From contig OY843585.1 in NCBI GenBank assembly GCA_963692945.1, positions 1,410,001 to 1,442,000 on the forward strand: a stretch of DNA of 32,000 nucleotides, in the 5' to 3' direction. Source of the DNA: Bdellovibrionales bacterium (GTDB lineage: Bacteria; Bdellovibrionota; Bdellovibrionia; Bdellovibrionales; UBA1609). Under the pieces are notes generated by a model. The model was not told the DNA's origin and searched no databases. It saw only the letters and a program-made list of their open reading frames with translations. Positions 1 to 8,757 of this stretch are shown one piece after another; the stretch's first letter is position 1; each line of letters starts with the position of its first letter. The position numbers and the translations under genes are program-made.

Positions 1-2561
1 CTCGTTTAGGACTACCTGTTCCACCGGGCTTTACTCTTTCTACAAAACTGTGCCATCTTTTTTATAAAGAAAACCAAAACCTCCCTGAGTCTATTAAAAA
101 CTCCATCAAAAAATCTATTGAAAGTTTAGAAATAGAACTTGGCAAAAAATTCAATGACCCTAACAACCCTCTCCTTATAAGTGTTCGTTCAGGAGCACCT
201 ATTAGTATGCCAGGGATGATGGATACTATTTTAAATTTAGGACTCAATGAAAAAACAGTTGAAGGTTTAAGCCAGCTTTTCCAAAACCCTCGCTTTGCTT
301 GGGACAGTTATCGTCGTTTTATACAGATGTACTCTGATGTTGTTATGGGAATGAACTCTTCTCTCTTAGAAACTCATTTAGAAGATTACAAAAATCAAAA
401 AAACTATACATCTGATACACAACTAACAGCTACGGACTGGAAAAATGTTATTACCTATTTTAAAGAATCCATCTTACAATGCACAGGAAAAGTTTTTCCT
501 GAAGATCCATGGAATCAATTATGGGAATCAATCAAAGCGATTTTTAATAGCTGGAACAACCCAAGAGCTGTTATCTATCGTAAAATGCAAGGAGAAACCT
601 CCTGTTTAGGAACAGCAGTGAATATCCAATCTATGGTTTTTGGTAATAGAGGAAATGATTGTGCAACAGGAGTGATTTTTACACGAAACCCATCTACAGG
701 AGAAAAATCTATTTTTGGAGAATTCCTTATCAATGCTCAAGGAGAAGATGTTGTTGCTGGTATAAGAACACCTCAAATGATTCTCAACACCAATGGAAAC
801 TCTGAAAAAGATTTAAAAAATCTTATGCCTAATTCTTTTGATGAACTTTCTAACCTATGTAACAAATTAGAAAAACATTACAAATATGTTCAAGATATTG
901 AATTCACTATTGAAAAAAATAAGCTTTGGCTCTTACAAACTCGTAATGCAAAATGTTCGTCCATCGCTCAATTAAAAATTATTTTTGATCTTATTGAAGA
1001 GGGACTACTTACGGAAAAAGAAGCTCTTACAAAAATAGATCCCTTCTCTCTCAATAAACTTCTCCATCCTTCTATTGATGAAAAGGACAAAAAAGTCATT
1101 TTAACAAAAGGCTTACCAGCCAGTCCCGGTGGAGCCATTGGGAAAATTGTTTTTAATAATCAAAGAGCCGTTGAACTTCAAAAACAAGGTCTATCTGTTA
1201 TTTTAGTTAGGACAGAAACATCTCCCGAAGATATAAATGGAATGATAAGTTCTCAAGGAATTTTAACAGCAAGAGGAGGTATGACTTCTCACGCGGCCGT
1301 AGTGGCTCGTAGTATGGGTAAACCTTGTATTGTTGGTTGTGGATCTTTGCATATCAATGAAATCAATAAAGAATTAAAAATTAAAGATAAACTTTTAAGA
1401 GAAGGAGACGAAATAACCATTGATGGCTCAACAGGAGAGGTTTTATTAGGAGTCATTCAAACTAAAACTCCAAAATTAGATGAAAATTTTTTCAAACTGA
1501 TGAAATTATCAGATAAATATACAAAATTAGAAGTCCGAGCCAATGCAGACACTTCTTCAGATGCTAAAAAAGCAAAAGAATTTGGTGCAACAGGAATTGG
1601 TTTATGCCGAACGGAACACATGTTCTTTGCATCTAATCGCATCAACATTATGAGAAAAATGATTTTGGCAGATAATAGTGACGAAAGACAAGAGGCTCTT
1701 AATGAACTTTTTGTCATGCAAAAAAAGGATTTTCATGAATTGTTAGACATTATGGATGGTTGCCCTGTGACCATTCGTTTATTAGACCCACCACTTCACG
1801 AATTTTTACCTTGCACAAAAGAAGATATAAAAAAACTATCAGAAAATTTACATTGGAGTGAAGATAAAATATCAACAAAAGTGAATCTTCTAAAAGAATC
1901 AAATCCCATGTTAGGTCATAGAGGTTGTCGCTTAGCCATCACCTTTCCTGAAATTTATCTTATGCAAACAAAAGCTCTTAGCGAAGCTTACGCAGAACTA
2001 AAACTTCAAAATAAAAATCCTCAAGCTGAAATCATGATTCCTCTTGTATCTTTTTCTAAAGAGCTTAAATTTTTAAGGAAGATCATAAAAGAACAAATTC
2101 AAAATAGAGAAGAAAAATTAAAAACTAAAATCCCCATCCCGATAGGAACAATGATTGAACTCCCTAGAACTTGTCTTCAAGCCAATGCCATTGCTGAAGA
2201 AGCCGATTTTTTCAGTTTTGGAACAAATGATCTTACACAAACAACTTTAGGTATTTCAAGAGATGATGCTGGTAAATTTTTATCTTCTTATATCAATCAA
2301 AAACTTTTTTCTAAAGACCCTTTCAGCAGTGTTGATAAAGAAGGTGTCGGAGAACTTATTAAATTAGCAATAAATAGAGGTCGTCTTAAGAAAGCAAATT
2401 TAAAAATGGGAATTTGTGGAGAGCATGGAGGAGACCCTGAAAGCATTCAGTTCTTTCATGATATAAATCTAGATTATGTCAGTTGTTCTCCTTACCGCGT
2501 TCCTATTGCTCGTCTGTCTGCTGCTCAATCTGCTATCAACAAAGAACGAGAAGAAGGCTAA
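1..2561 (+). CDS. ppdK: Pyruvate, phosphate dikinase (5'-partial; begins upstream of the window)
   Basis: Frame 3 is open from position 3 (RLGLPVPPGFTLSTKLC...PLLISVRSGAPISMPGMMDTILNLGLN), so the ORF-track Met at 207 is internal. PPDK hallmarks: phosphohistidine motif GGMTSHAAVVARSMGKPCIVG, plus CRTEHMFF, IRLLDPPLHEF, NPMLGHRGCR, FFSFGTNDLTQ and GICGEHGGDP. Stop TAA at 2559-2561. Confidence 0.95.
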   Translation, partial: RLGLPVPPGFTLSTKLCHLFYKENQNLPESIKNSIKKSIESLEIELGKKFNDPNNPLLISVRSGAPISMPGMMDTILNLGLNEKTVEGLSQLFQNPRFAWDSYRRFIQMYSDVVMGMNSSLLETHLEDYKNQKNYTSDTQLTATDWKNVITYFKESILQCTGKVFPEDPWNQLWESIKAIFNSWNNPRAVIYRKMQGETSCLGTAVNIQSMVFGNRGNDCATGVIFTRNPSTGEKSIFGEFLINAQGEDVVAGIRTPQMILNTNGNSEKDLKNLMPNSFDELSNLCNKLEKHYKYVQDIEFTIEKNKLWLLQTRNAKCSSIAQLKIIFDLIEEGLLTEKEALTKIDPFSLNKLLHPSIDEKDKKVILTKGLPASPGGAIGKIVFNNQRAVELQKQGLSVILVRTETSPEDINGMISSQGILTARGGMTSHAAVVARSMGKPCIVGCGSLHINEINKELKIKDKLLREGDEITIDGSTGEVLLGVIQTKTPKLDENFFKLMKLSDKYTKLEVRANADTSSDAKKAKEFGATGIGLCRTEHMFFASNRINIMRKMILADNSDERQEALNELFVMQKKDFHELLDIMDGCPVTIRLLDPPLHEFLPCTKEDIKKLSENLHWSEDKISTKVNLLKESNPMLGHRGCRLAITFPEIYLMQTKALSEAYAELKLQNKNPQAEIMIPLVSFSKELKFLRKIIKEQIQNREEKLKTKIPIPIGTMIELPRTCLQANAIAEEADFFSFGTNDLTQTTLGISRDDAGKFLSSYINQKLFSKDPFSSVDKEGVGELIKLAINRGRLKKANLKMGICGEHGGDPESIQFFHDINLDYVSCSPYRVPIARLSAAQSAINKEREEG

Positions 2562-2563
2562 AA

Positions 2564-5500
2564 ATGGAAATAGAAAAATTAGAAATATTCGGATTTAAAT
2601 CCTTTAAAAATAAAACAACATTGGAGTTTAACAATGATGGCATCACTGGTATTGTGGGTCCAAATGGATGTGGTAAATCCAATATAGTGGACGCACTCCT
2701 ATGGGTTATGGGAGAAACCTCTCCTAAAAATTTACGAAGCAGCTCCCTTTCAGATGTTATTTTCAGTGGAACAACAAAAGAAGCTCCAAGTGGTTTAGCA
2801 GAAGTTTCCTTGACCTTAGGAAAAGGCACTAACGGCTTTCCTCAAAAATATAAAAGCTTTTCAGAAATTACTATTACAAGAAAATCTTTCCGAGATGAAA
2901 AAACAGAATACTTTATCAATCAACAACCTTGTCTCTTAAGAGATATTAAAGAGATTTTTATGGATACAGGAGCCGGTTGTAAAGGTTTTAGTATTATTGA
3001 ACAAGAAGCCATTGAAAAACTTATCACAGCAAAACCTCAAGAGAGACGATTTATCATTGAAGAAGTTGCAGGGATTACAAAATTTAAAACTAGAAAAGGA
3101 GAGTCGAGCAGAAAACTAGAGATGGTTCATCAAAACTTGAAAAGATTAGAAGACATTATCAAAACTCAAGAAAAACAATTAAATCATTTAAGTGCTCAAG
3201 CAAAAAAAGCCGACAAATATCGCAGTCTTAAAAAAGAAATAAGCTCTAGAGAAATAGAAACTTTATATAGACTTTACAACGAAATTTCTACAGAACAAGA
3301 AAGTTTAAAAAAGAATTTCCTCAATCAAAAAGAAGAAAAGGACAAGATAGAAAAATCTATTGTTGAAAAACAAACTCATCTAACAAATATTGAAAAAGAC
3401 ATTGTAACTCAAGATCATTCTTTAGAAAGAGATAAAACTTATCTTTCAGATGTGAATTACAAAGCTCTAGAAAGACAAAAAGAGATAGAAAAATTAGAAG
3501 GAACTATAAATTTTTACAATGACAATATTAAAAAACAAGAATCCTCTAAAAATGAACAAGAAAGAGAAATAGAAAATTCTAAAAATAAAATAAAGGAAGC
3601 TAGAGGGCAAAAAGAAGAGCTTGAAAAAAAAGAAATAGAACTCAAACAAGAGCTCTTACACATTGAAAAACTCTTATCCGAACAACAAGACCCTTCATTA
3701 ACACTCAAACAAAAAGAAGAAAAAGAAATGACTCTTCAAAAGATCGCAAAAGAAAAACTAGATAAAAAAGCACAAATCAGTGGCATTGAAAAACATCTTG
3801 AAGTTCTAACTAGAGAGCAAAATAAAATAAACTCTGAAAAACAAGAAACGGAACAACAAATCAAAAAAGTTTTAAAAAATAAAAATACAACGGCTTCTTT
3901 ACTACAAAAAAACCAACAGATGAGGTTAAACTTTGATAAAGATTTATCTACTCTTAAAGAAAATATAAAAATCCTTGAAACTAAAACCACAGATGTAAAT
4001 AAAGAAATTGGACAATTGACTCAAGATATATCTCTCCATACATACAAAATAGAAGAATTAGAAAAATTAATTCATCAGTTTGAAAATTTAAATGAAGGAA
4101 ACTCTCACCTTAGCTCTTGGAAGCCCGAAACTTTTAAACCTCTTTTTAAAAGTTTAAAAATTGAAAACGAATTTGAAAATGCTTTAAGCTCTGTTTTAGG
4201 CTCTCATATACAACTCCTTATCTCAAAAGATAAATCCTTTATTGCAGAAGGCATTAAACACTTAAAAGAATCTAAAAAAGGAAAATCTAGTTTTTTAAGC
4301 TCTCTACCAACCTACGAATACCCCATTGTTCCGAAAAAAACTTTAATGAAATACCCTGCTTTCATTTGCTATTTAGAAGAAAAAATTCATTTTAATTTGG
4401 AGACAGACTGCTTAAGACAAGTTGTGAAAGGCACAGTGGTTGTTTCCAATTTAACAGATGCTTTTCAATTAAAAGAAACTTTTCCGTCTCTTCAATTTGT
4501 CACAAAAGAAGGAGACCTTATCACAAGAGATTCTATAATTTATGGAGGATCTTCTGAAAAAGAAACCAATTTATTTAAACTTCATAATCAAATTGAGAAA
4601 AATGCAACAGATTTAAAATCTAAACAAACCATTTTAGAGTTTAAAAATGTACATCTAGAAAAAGCAACAAAGCAATTACATAAATTAAAAGATTCCTTAG
4701 AATTTTCTCAAAATAAAGTTAGTCAAAATTCAGGAAATCTTATTTCTTACAAAAAAGATCTGGAACAATTAGAAAAAGAAATTATTAACCTCACAGAATT
4801 AAAATCTTCTTTACAAAAAAAATGGGATGAATTTGAAGAAGAGAAACGAGACCTTGCAAAGCACCAGCATTCCTATCAAACAGAAATTAAGAGTATCAAC
4901 GAAATGATTGAACAACAAACAATAGAATTAAAAAAATTACAAACAACAGAAGATTTATACAGAGACAAAGAAAATAAAAAAATAGATTTAAAAATGAAGG
5001 TTTTTCAAAACTCTCAGGAACAATCTAGCCTTGAACAAGAAATAAAACTAACCTCTGATTTTATTAAAAAATCTTTTTCAAAAACAAAACATGATGAAGC
5101 TAAAAAGGACATCCTAAACTTAATCAAAAAAGACACTTATCAAATTCAAGAAATTAGGAAAGAATTAGAAATTCTATTGGAAGAAAAATCTCAATTAGAA
5201 GAAACCATTTCTGCGAATAACAAAATAAAAGAAGAAAAGAAAAACTTAAAAGAAACTTACAATCAAGATTTAAATAAAACACAAGATGCACTCACTCAAA
5301 TCGCTATCAGTAGAAGCACTTATCAATCGGAACAAGAAAAATTAGAAATCAAAAAACAAAACATCCAAGAAAAACTTTATGAAAATCACCATCTAAAAAT
5401 GGAGGAACATGTATTTGTCCCTCAGTATGAAACGATTTCTTTAGAAGATTTAAAGTCAGAACTTTTAAAGCTTCAAGAAAAACTTCAAAAAATACAATCT

Positions 5501-6127
5501 GTAAATCTACTAGCACTTACAGAATATGAAGATCTTTCAAAAAATTATGGTTTTCTCACACATCAAAAAGAAGACTTAATAAACTCTAAAAAAGAAATCT
5601 ATAAAGTTATTTCTCACATTGATCGCCTTTGTGAAAGCCGATTTAAAAATATGTTAGAAGAAATCAACTTAAGATTTTCTAAAATATTTCCTATTATTTT
5701 TGAAGGAGACAATGCAGAGGCTTACTTAGTTTTACAAGAAGACCCAGACTCAACAGAACCTGGTATAGATATTATTGTTAGACCTCCAGGAAAAAGACCA
5801 CAAAGTGTGACTTTACTTTCAAGAGGAGAAAAAGCCTTAACTTCTATTTGCCTCATTTACTCTCTCTTCTTAGTAAAACCTTCTCCGTTTTGTATTGTTG
5901 ACGAGATCGATTCCCCTCTTGATGATGCAAATATTTTTCGCTTGATTTCTGTCTTAAAAGAAATGTCTCGTAAAAGCCAAATTATAGCTATCACTCATAA
6001 TAAATACACCATGAAAGCCTGTAAAAAACTTTATGGCGTAACTATGGAACAACCAGGGATTTCACAACTGGTATCTGTAGATATGTCAAAACAAGACCTT
6101 TTGAAGTTAGAAAAAACCACTATTTAG
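2564..6127 (+). CDS. smc: Chromosome partition protein SMC
   Basis: ATG at 2564 lies 2 nt after the ppdK stop and is preceded by GAAGAAGG (2549-2557). N-terminus MEIEKLEIFGFKSF with Walker A GPNGCGKSN. Very long K/E/Q/L-rich coiled coil with a central non-coil hinge-like segment. C-terminal signature LSRGEKALTSI and Walker B FCIVDEIDSPLDD. The ORF-track start at 2483 overlaps ppdK and adds a Cys/Arg-rich non-SMC leader. Confidence 0.93.
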   Translation: MEIEKLEIFGFKSFKNKTTLEFNNDGITGIVGPNGCGKSNIVDALLWVMGETSPKNLRSSSLSDVIFSGTTKEAPSGLAEVSLTLGKGTNGFPQKYKSFSEITITRKSFRDEKTEYFINQQPCLLRDIKEIFMDTGAGCKGFSIIEQEAIEKLITAKPQERRFIIEEVAGITKFKTRKGESSRKLEMVHQNLKRLEDIIKTQEKQLNHLSAQAKKADKYRSLKKEISSREIETLYRLYNEISTEQESLKKNFLNQKEEKDKIEKSIVEKQTHLTNIEKDIVTQDHSLERDKTYLSDVNYKALERQKEIEKLEGTINFYNDNIKKQESSKNEQEREIENSKNKIKEARGQKEELEKKEIELKQELLHIEKLLSEQQDPSLTLKQKEEKEMTLQKIAKEKLDKKAQISGIEKHLEVLTREQNKINSEKQETEQQIKKVLKNKNTTASLLQKNQQMRLNFDKDLSTLKENIKILETKTTDVNKEIGQLTQDISLHTYKIEELEKLIHQFENLNEGNSHLSSWKPETFKPLFKSLKIENEFENALSSVLGSHIQLLISKDKSFIAEGIKHLKESKKGKSSFLSSLPTYEYPIVPKKTLMKYPAFICYLEEKIHFNLETDCLRQVVKGTVVVSNLTDAFQLKETFPSLQFVTKEGDLITRDSIIYGGSSEKETNLFKLHNQIEKNATDLKSKQTILEFKNVHLEKATKQLHKLKDSLEFSQNKVSQNSGNLISYKKDLEQLEKEIINLTELKSSLQKKWDEFEEEKRDLAKHQHSYQTEIKSINEMIEQQTIELKKLQTTEDLYRDKENKKIDLKMKVFQNSQEQSSLEQEIKLTSDFIKKSFSKTKHDEAKKDILNLIKKDTYQIQEIRKELEILLEEKSQLEETISANNKIKEEKKNLKETYNQDLNKTQDALTQIAISRSTYQSEQEKLEIKKQNIQEKLYENHHLKMEEHVFVPQYETISLEDLKSELLKLQEKLQKIQSVNLLALTEYEDLSKNYGFLTHQKEDLINSKKEIYKVISHIDRLCESRFKNMLEEINLRFSKIFPIIFEGDNAEAYLVLQEDPDSTEPGIDIIVRPPGKRPQSVTLLSRGEKALTSICLIYSLFLVKPSPFCIVDEIDSPLDDANIFRLISVLKEMSRKSQIIAITHNKYTMKACKKLYGVTMEQPGISQLVSVDMSKQDLLKLEKTTI

Positions 6128-6185
6128 GCTCTATTTAAATATTTTTTCACCACTTAGTTTTTCTATTTTATAGATAAACGAGAAA

Positions 6186-6194
6186 TGTTATAAT
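6186..6194 (+). promoter_or_regulatory. Extended -10 element (TGtTATAAT) upstream of the 6204 ORF
   Basis: TG at 6186-6187 and TATAAT at 6189-6194. The ATG at 6204 is only 9 nt downstream and has no Shine-Dalgarno, implying a leaderless or near-leaderless transcript. No good -35 was seen. Confidence 0.3.
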
Positions 6195-6203
6195 TTCCTC
6201 ACA

Positions 6204-6662
6204 ATGTTAAGGTTTATTATTTTATCAATATTTATTTTTACTGGTTTAAGTTTTGCCGAAAAAAATATTAACAAAAAACCAATGAAACAAGATTCAAAAA
6301 AAGAATCCAAAAATCTTTTAAATGAAGCCATTAAGGATTCTGACGAAGAAATAGATTCAAATACTAAAGAAAAAGCCCCTACTCTTTTAGAAAGCGTTAG
6401 CAATACAGAAAAAGCAAAAAAACTTATTCAAAGAGAGCTGGCAAAAACCTTCAACTTTGAATTGGGAACTCCTTCAAACAAAGCCATAAAGACCGATGAG
6501 GATAAAAAAGCCATCAGTTTTGGAGATGTAGATTTACAAATTTCAGAAAGACCAGAAGAGGTTTTAGTGAAAAAGGCAGCTCCAAAAAGAAACAAAAATA
6601 ATACTCTAACAATAAAAGCCAAGCCAGATAGAGCCATCAGCTCTAAACATAAATCCCATTAA
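6204..6662 (+). CDS. Hypothetical secreted Lys/Glu-rich low-complexity protein (152 aa)
   Basis: ATG start. N-terminal signal-peptide-like segment MLRFIILSIFIFTGLSFA/EKN, followed by charged, probably disordered sequence. No recognisable family motif. Confidence 0.55.
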   Translation: MLRFIILSIFIFTGLSFAEKNINKKPMKQDSKKESKNLLNEAIKDSDEEIDSNTKEKAPTLLESVSNTEKAKKLIQRELAKTFNFELGTPSNKAIKTDEDKKAISFGDVDLQISERPEEVLVKKAAPKRNKNNTLTIKAKPDRAISSKHKSH

Positions 6663-6678
6663 GTCTTGAATTTAAAAA

Positions 6679-7215
6679 TCAATGAGAAGAAATATGCTTT
6701 TTAGCTAATATAGAATAATTAGAAATTAACTTTTCAACCCAAAGCCTCTCACCTGTTAAGTTAAATCCTATAGATTCAGCACCACAAGCAATAGATTCAA
6801 AAAAGAGTTTCACTTCTGTCACACTTTCTTCATAAAGTTCTTTACCATATAAAGAATGTTCAATAGCTTCAATAACACTTAATAAATCAGAAGTTGTAAC
6901 AACTTTTGGTAATTTATTGATATCTAAATCATCACAAACAGCTGGAGCAAAACCTATAAATTCTTTTGTTAACAATATTTTTTTTCCATTTTTAAAATTA
7001 ACTTGTAGAAAATCATCATGATTATTATCTTCTCGTTTCAAAACCTCTTTAATATCTGACATAGAAAACACAACACTTTTCCTGTCATTACTTTGAGTGA
7101 TTCTAACGGTTTCTGATTTTATATCTGACATAAAATTTAAAGATCTACCTTCTCCAGATAAAAATTTTTCTATAACATGAATGTCTTGATTATCTATATA
7201 TTTCTTCTTTATCAC
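6679..7215 (-). CDS. Hypothetical protein (178 aa), no recognised domain
   Basis: Open frame with a GTG start at 7213-7215 and a weak SD. Composition and codon use look like neighbouring genes. No signal peptide or catalytic motif was recognised. Start is uncertain; the next in-frame Met is residue 29. Confidence 0.5.
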   Translation of the reverse strand: MIKKKYIDNQDIHVIEKFLSGEGRSLNFMSDIKSETVRITQSNDRKSVVFSMSDIKEVLKREDNNHDDFLQVNFKNGKKILLTKEFIGFAPAVCDDLDINKLPKVVTTSDLLSVIEAIEHSLYGKELYEESVTEVKLFFESIACGAESIGFNLTGERLWVEKLISNYSILAKKHISSH

Positions 7216-7290
7216 TTTATTTCTCTACTTTCTTTAAAAACACTTACTAAAAAACATTTCGTCTATTTTCTTAGAATACTTAAGCCTCTT

Positions 7291-7326
7291 TATCATTTTT
7301 AGTTACTAGTCTTGTATCATTTTTAG
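7291..7326. repeat. Two copies of a 12-bp direct repeat tatcatttttag (7291-7302, 7315-7326) in a divergent intergenic region
   Basis: Exact 12/12 match with a 24-bp period. The spacer contains the palindrome actagt. Each copy contains TATCAT, which is -10-like (5/6 to TATAAT). Lies between divergent genes 6679-7215 (-) and 7353-7718 (+). Confidence 0.5.
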
Positions 7327-7352
7327 ACACTTTTCAAAAATAAGGCTTTATA

Positions 7353-7718
7353 TTGGGGTTTTACCATGACTCTCTTCTTGATTTTAAAGACCAAAATCAA
7401 GATAATAAAGCCATGATTGTCCGAAGATGGTTAGCCCCTATAACTCCAAAAAAAGAACAAATTAAGCTTTTTTTTGAAAAAGAAGGGTTAGAATTTTTTG
7501 AAGAAGATTTTGAAGCTGGAACACATATCACTGACCACCGTCATCCTTTTGATGAAGTTCGTATGATTGTGAAAGGGCAACTCCTTTATAATATAGCAGG
7601 CAATAAATTACTTTTAAGGGAAGGGGATAGAATCATTATCCCTTCTAATACAAAACATTCTAAGCAAGTTCAAGGAACAGAAAAATGCCTTTCTATTTGT
7701 GCTTATCAAGCTTACTAA
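7353..7718 (+). CDS. Cupin-fold protein (cupin_2-like, 121 aa)
   Basis: Cupin motif 1 HRHPFDEVRMIVKG fits HxH-x3-E-x6-G. Motif 2 GDRIIIPSNTKH fits G-x5-P-x-x-x2-H. TTG start at 7353 has TAAGG 7 nt upstream. The alternative ATG at 7413 lacks an SD. Confidence 0.7.
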   Translation: MGFYHDSLLDFKDQNQDNKAMIVRRWLAPITPKKEQIKLFFEKEGLEFFEEDFEAGTHITDHRHPFDEVRMIVKGQLLYNIAGNKLLLREGDRIIIPSNTKHSKQVQGTEKCLSICAYQAY

Positions 7719-8686
7719 AAGTCTGTAGAGGACTGAGTAAAAAATCTCACTCTTTTTGTAAAATCAGAAACAAGGTCTCCCTCTGTTGTCACAAAATGCC
7801 CTCTTAAAGTTAAGTCCACTGTGTATCTTGGAATAACTCTTAAAGGGTCTCCTTGACGAAAAGTAGAGTTAGATTCTCCTCCTTGATTGGACCCTCCTCC
7901 TCTACTATTCAAATTATTGATTCTGGTTTGTTGGTCAGGAGATAACTCCTTACTATTATCAATAATTGGAAAACCACTTAAATAAAGAGTCAAATTATGA
8001 AAAGGATTTTGCGATGTTGGGTTGTATTCTACTTTTGTTCCTGGAGGGACAATGTATAAAAAAGAACCACCTATATCAACGCTTTGCTGAGAAGTCTCTC
8101 CTCCTTCAGGATTAGAAAAAGCAGCAGAAGCACTCTCAGATCCCCTACAATAACCAGCTTGAATATCGTTACTGGCTTGATAAGATTGACCTCTATACTG
8201 AGCAACAGCCGTAAAACTTACACTCGTCACAATTAAAGAAAAGTTACGGGGGGCACCATTGGGATAAGTCCCTGTATTTCCATTACTAATAAACAATCCC
8301 AGTTTTAACCAACCAGCTCCCTCTTCACCAACATCTATTGTAACAGGTCTTAAATCATTTAATCTAGACTGACTCAATACTACATCCTTTTTAAGAAAAT
8401 CAATCTCGTCTTCTGTAATACCAAAAATATTAATAAGCCCCTCCTCACTTATTGTTTCTCCTAAAAGATCTATCATGATTTTTGGATTAACAGGTCTGTG
8501 ACGACAAGTGAATTTACCTCGTGATAAAAAAATAGTTGGCTGACTTGGTCTTATACTATCACCTATACCATACGGTGCTGGAATAACTGTTACTCTAGAA
8601 CTTAAAACCCCCACCTGATTTCCTGAGAAATTACAAGAAATAGGTAAAAGAAATAATAAACTTAATTTTAAAAAAACTTTATTCAT
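7715..8686 (-). CDS. Orphan lipoprotein (323 aa) immediately downstream of pilQ
   Basis: ATG at 8684-8686. Signal peptide with a lipobox-like site (MNKVFLKLSLLFLLPIS/C). Mature protein is Gly/Ser/Thr/Asn/Pro-rich, looks beta-rich and has no TPR-like helices. Sampled 60-nt lines give about 37-45% GC against about 27-32% for neighbours. Its TAG stop overlaps the cupin TAA stop (CTAA at 7715-7718). Confidence 0.75.
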   Translation of the reverse strand: MNKVFLKLSLLFLLPISCNFSGNQVGVLSSRVTVIPAPYGIGDSIRPSQPTIFLSRGKFTCRHRPVNPKIMIDLLGETISEEGLINIFGITEDEIDFLKKDVVLSQSRLNDLRPVTIDVGEEGAGWLKLGLFISNGNTGTYPNGAPRNFSLIVTSVSFTAVAQYRGQSYQASNDIQAGYCRGSESASAAFSNPEGGETSQQSVDIGGSFLYIVPPGTKVEYNPTSQNPFHNLTLYLSGFPIIDNSKELSPDQQTRINNLNSRGGGSNQGGESNSTFRQGDPLRVIPRYTVDLTLRGHFVTTEGDLVSDFTKRVRFFTQSSTDF

Positions 8687-8757
8687 TAGTGTCTAAACAC
8701 CTTATTTTTATTTTAAGCACGTCAACCTGTCAAAAAACTTTATTCATTAGTGTCTAA
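8671..8757. repeat. 26-bp direct repeat aaaaaactttattcattagtgtctaa (8671-8696 and 8732-8757)
   Basis: Exact 26/26 match, offset 61 bp. Copy 2 holds the last pilQ codons and stop (L-D-T-N-E-TAA). Copy 1 holds the lipoprotein start, where the ATG sits inside the same ACTAATGAATAAAG string. Confidence 0.9.

Noticed and set aside
2483-2563. The ORF-track start of smc at 2483, overlapping the ppdK 3' end.
   Set aside because: The extension encodes a Cys/Arg-rich peptide unlike any SMC N-terminus. ATG 2564 has an SD and begins the canonical MEIEKLEIFGFKSF.
3514-3990. Antisense ORFs inside smc (3514-3708 and 3736-3990, minus strand).
   Set aside because: They are the Ser/Phe/Cys/Leu-rich mirror of the AAG/GAA-rich coiled-coil coding sequence, fully embedded in a confident gene.
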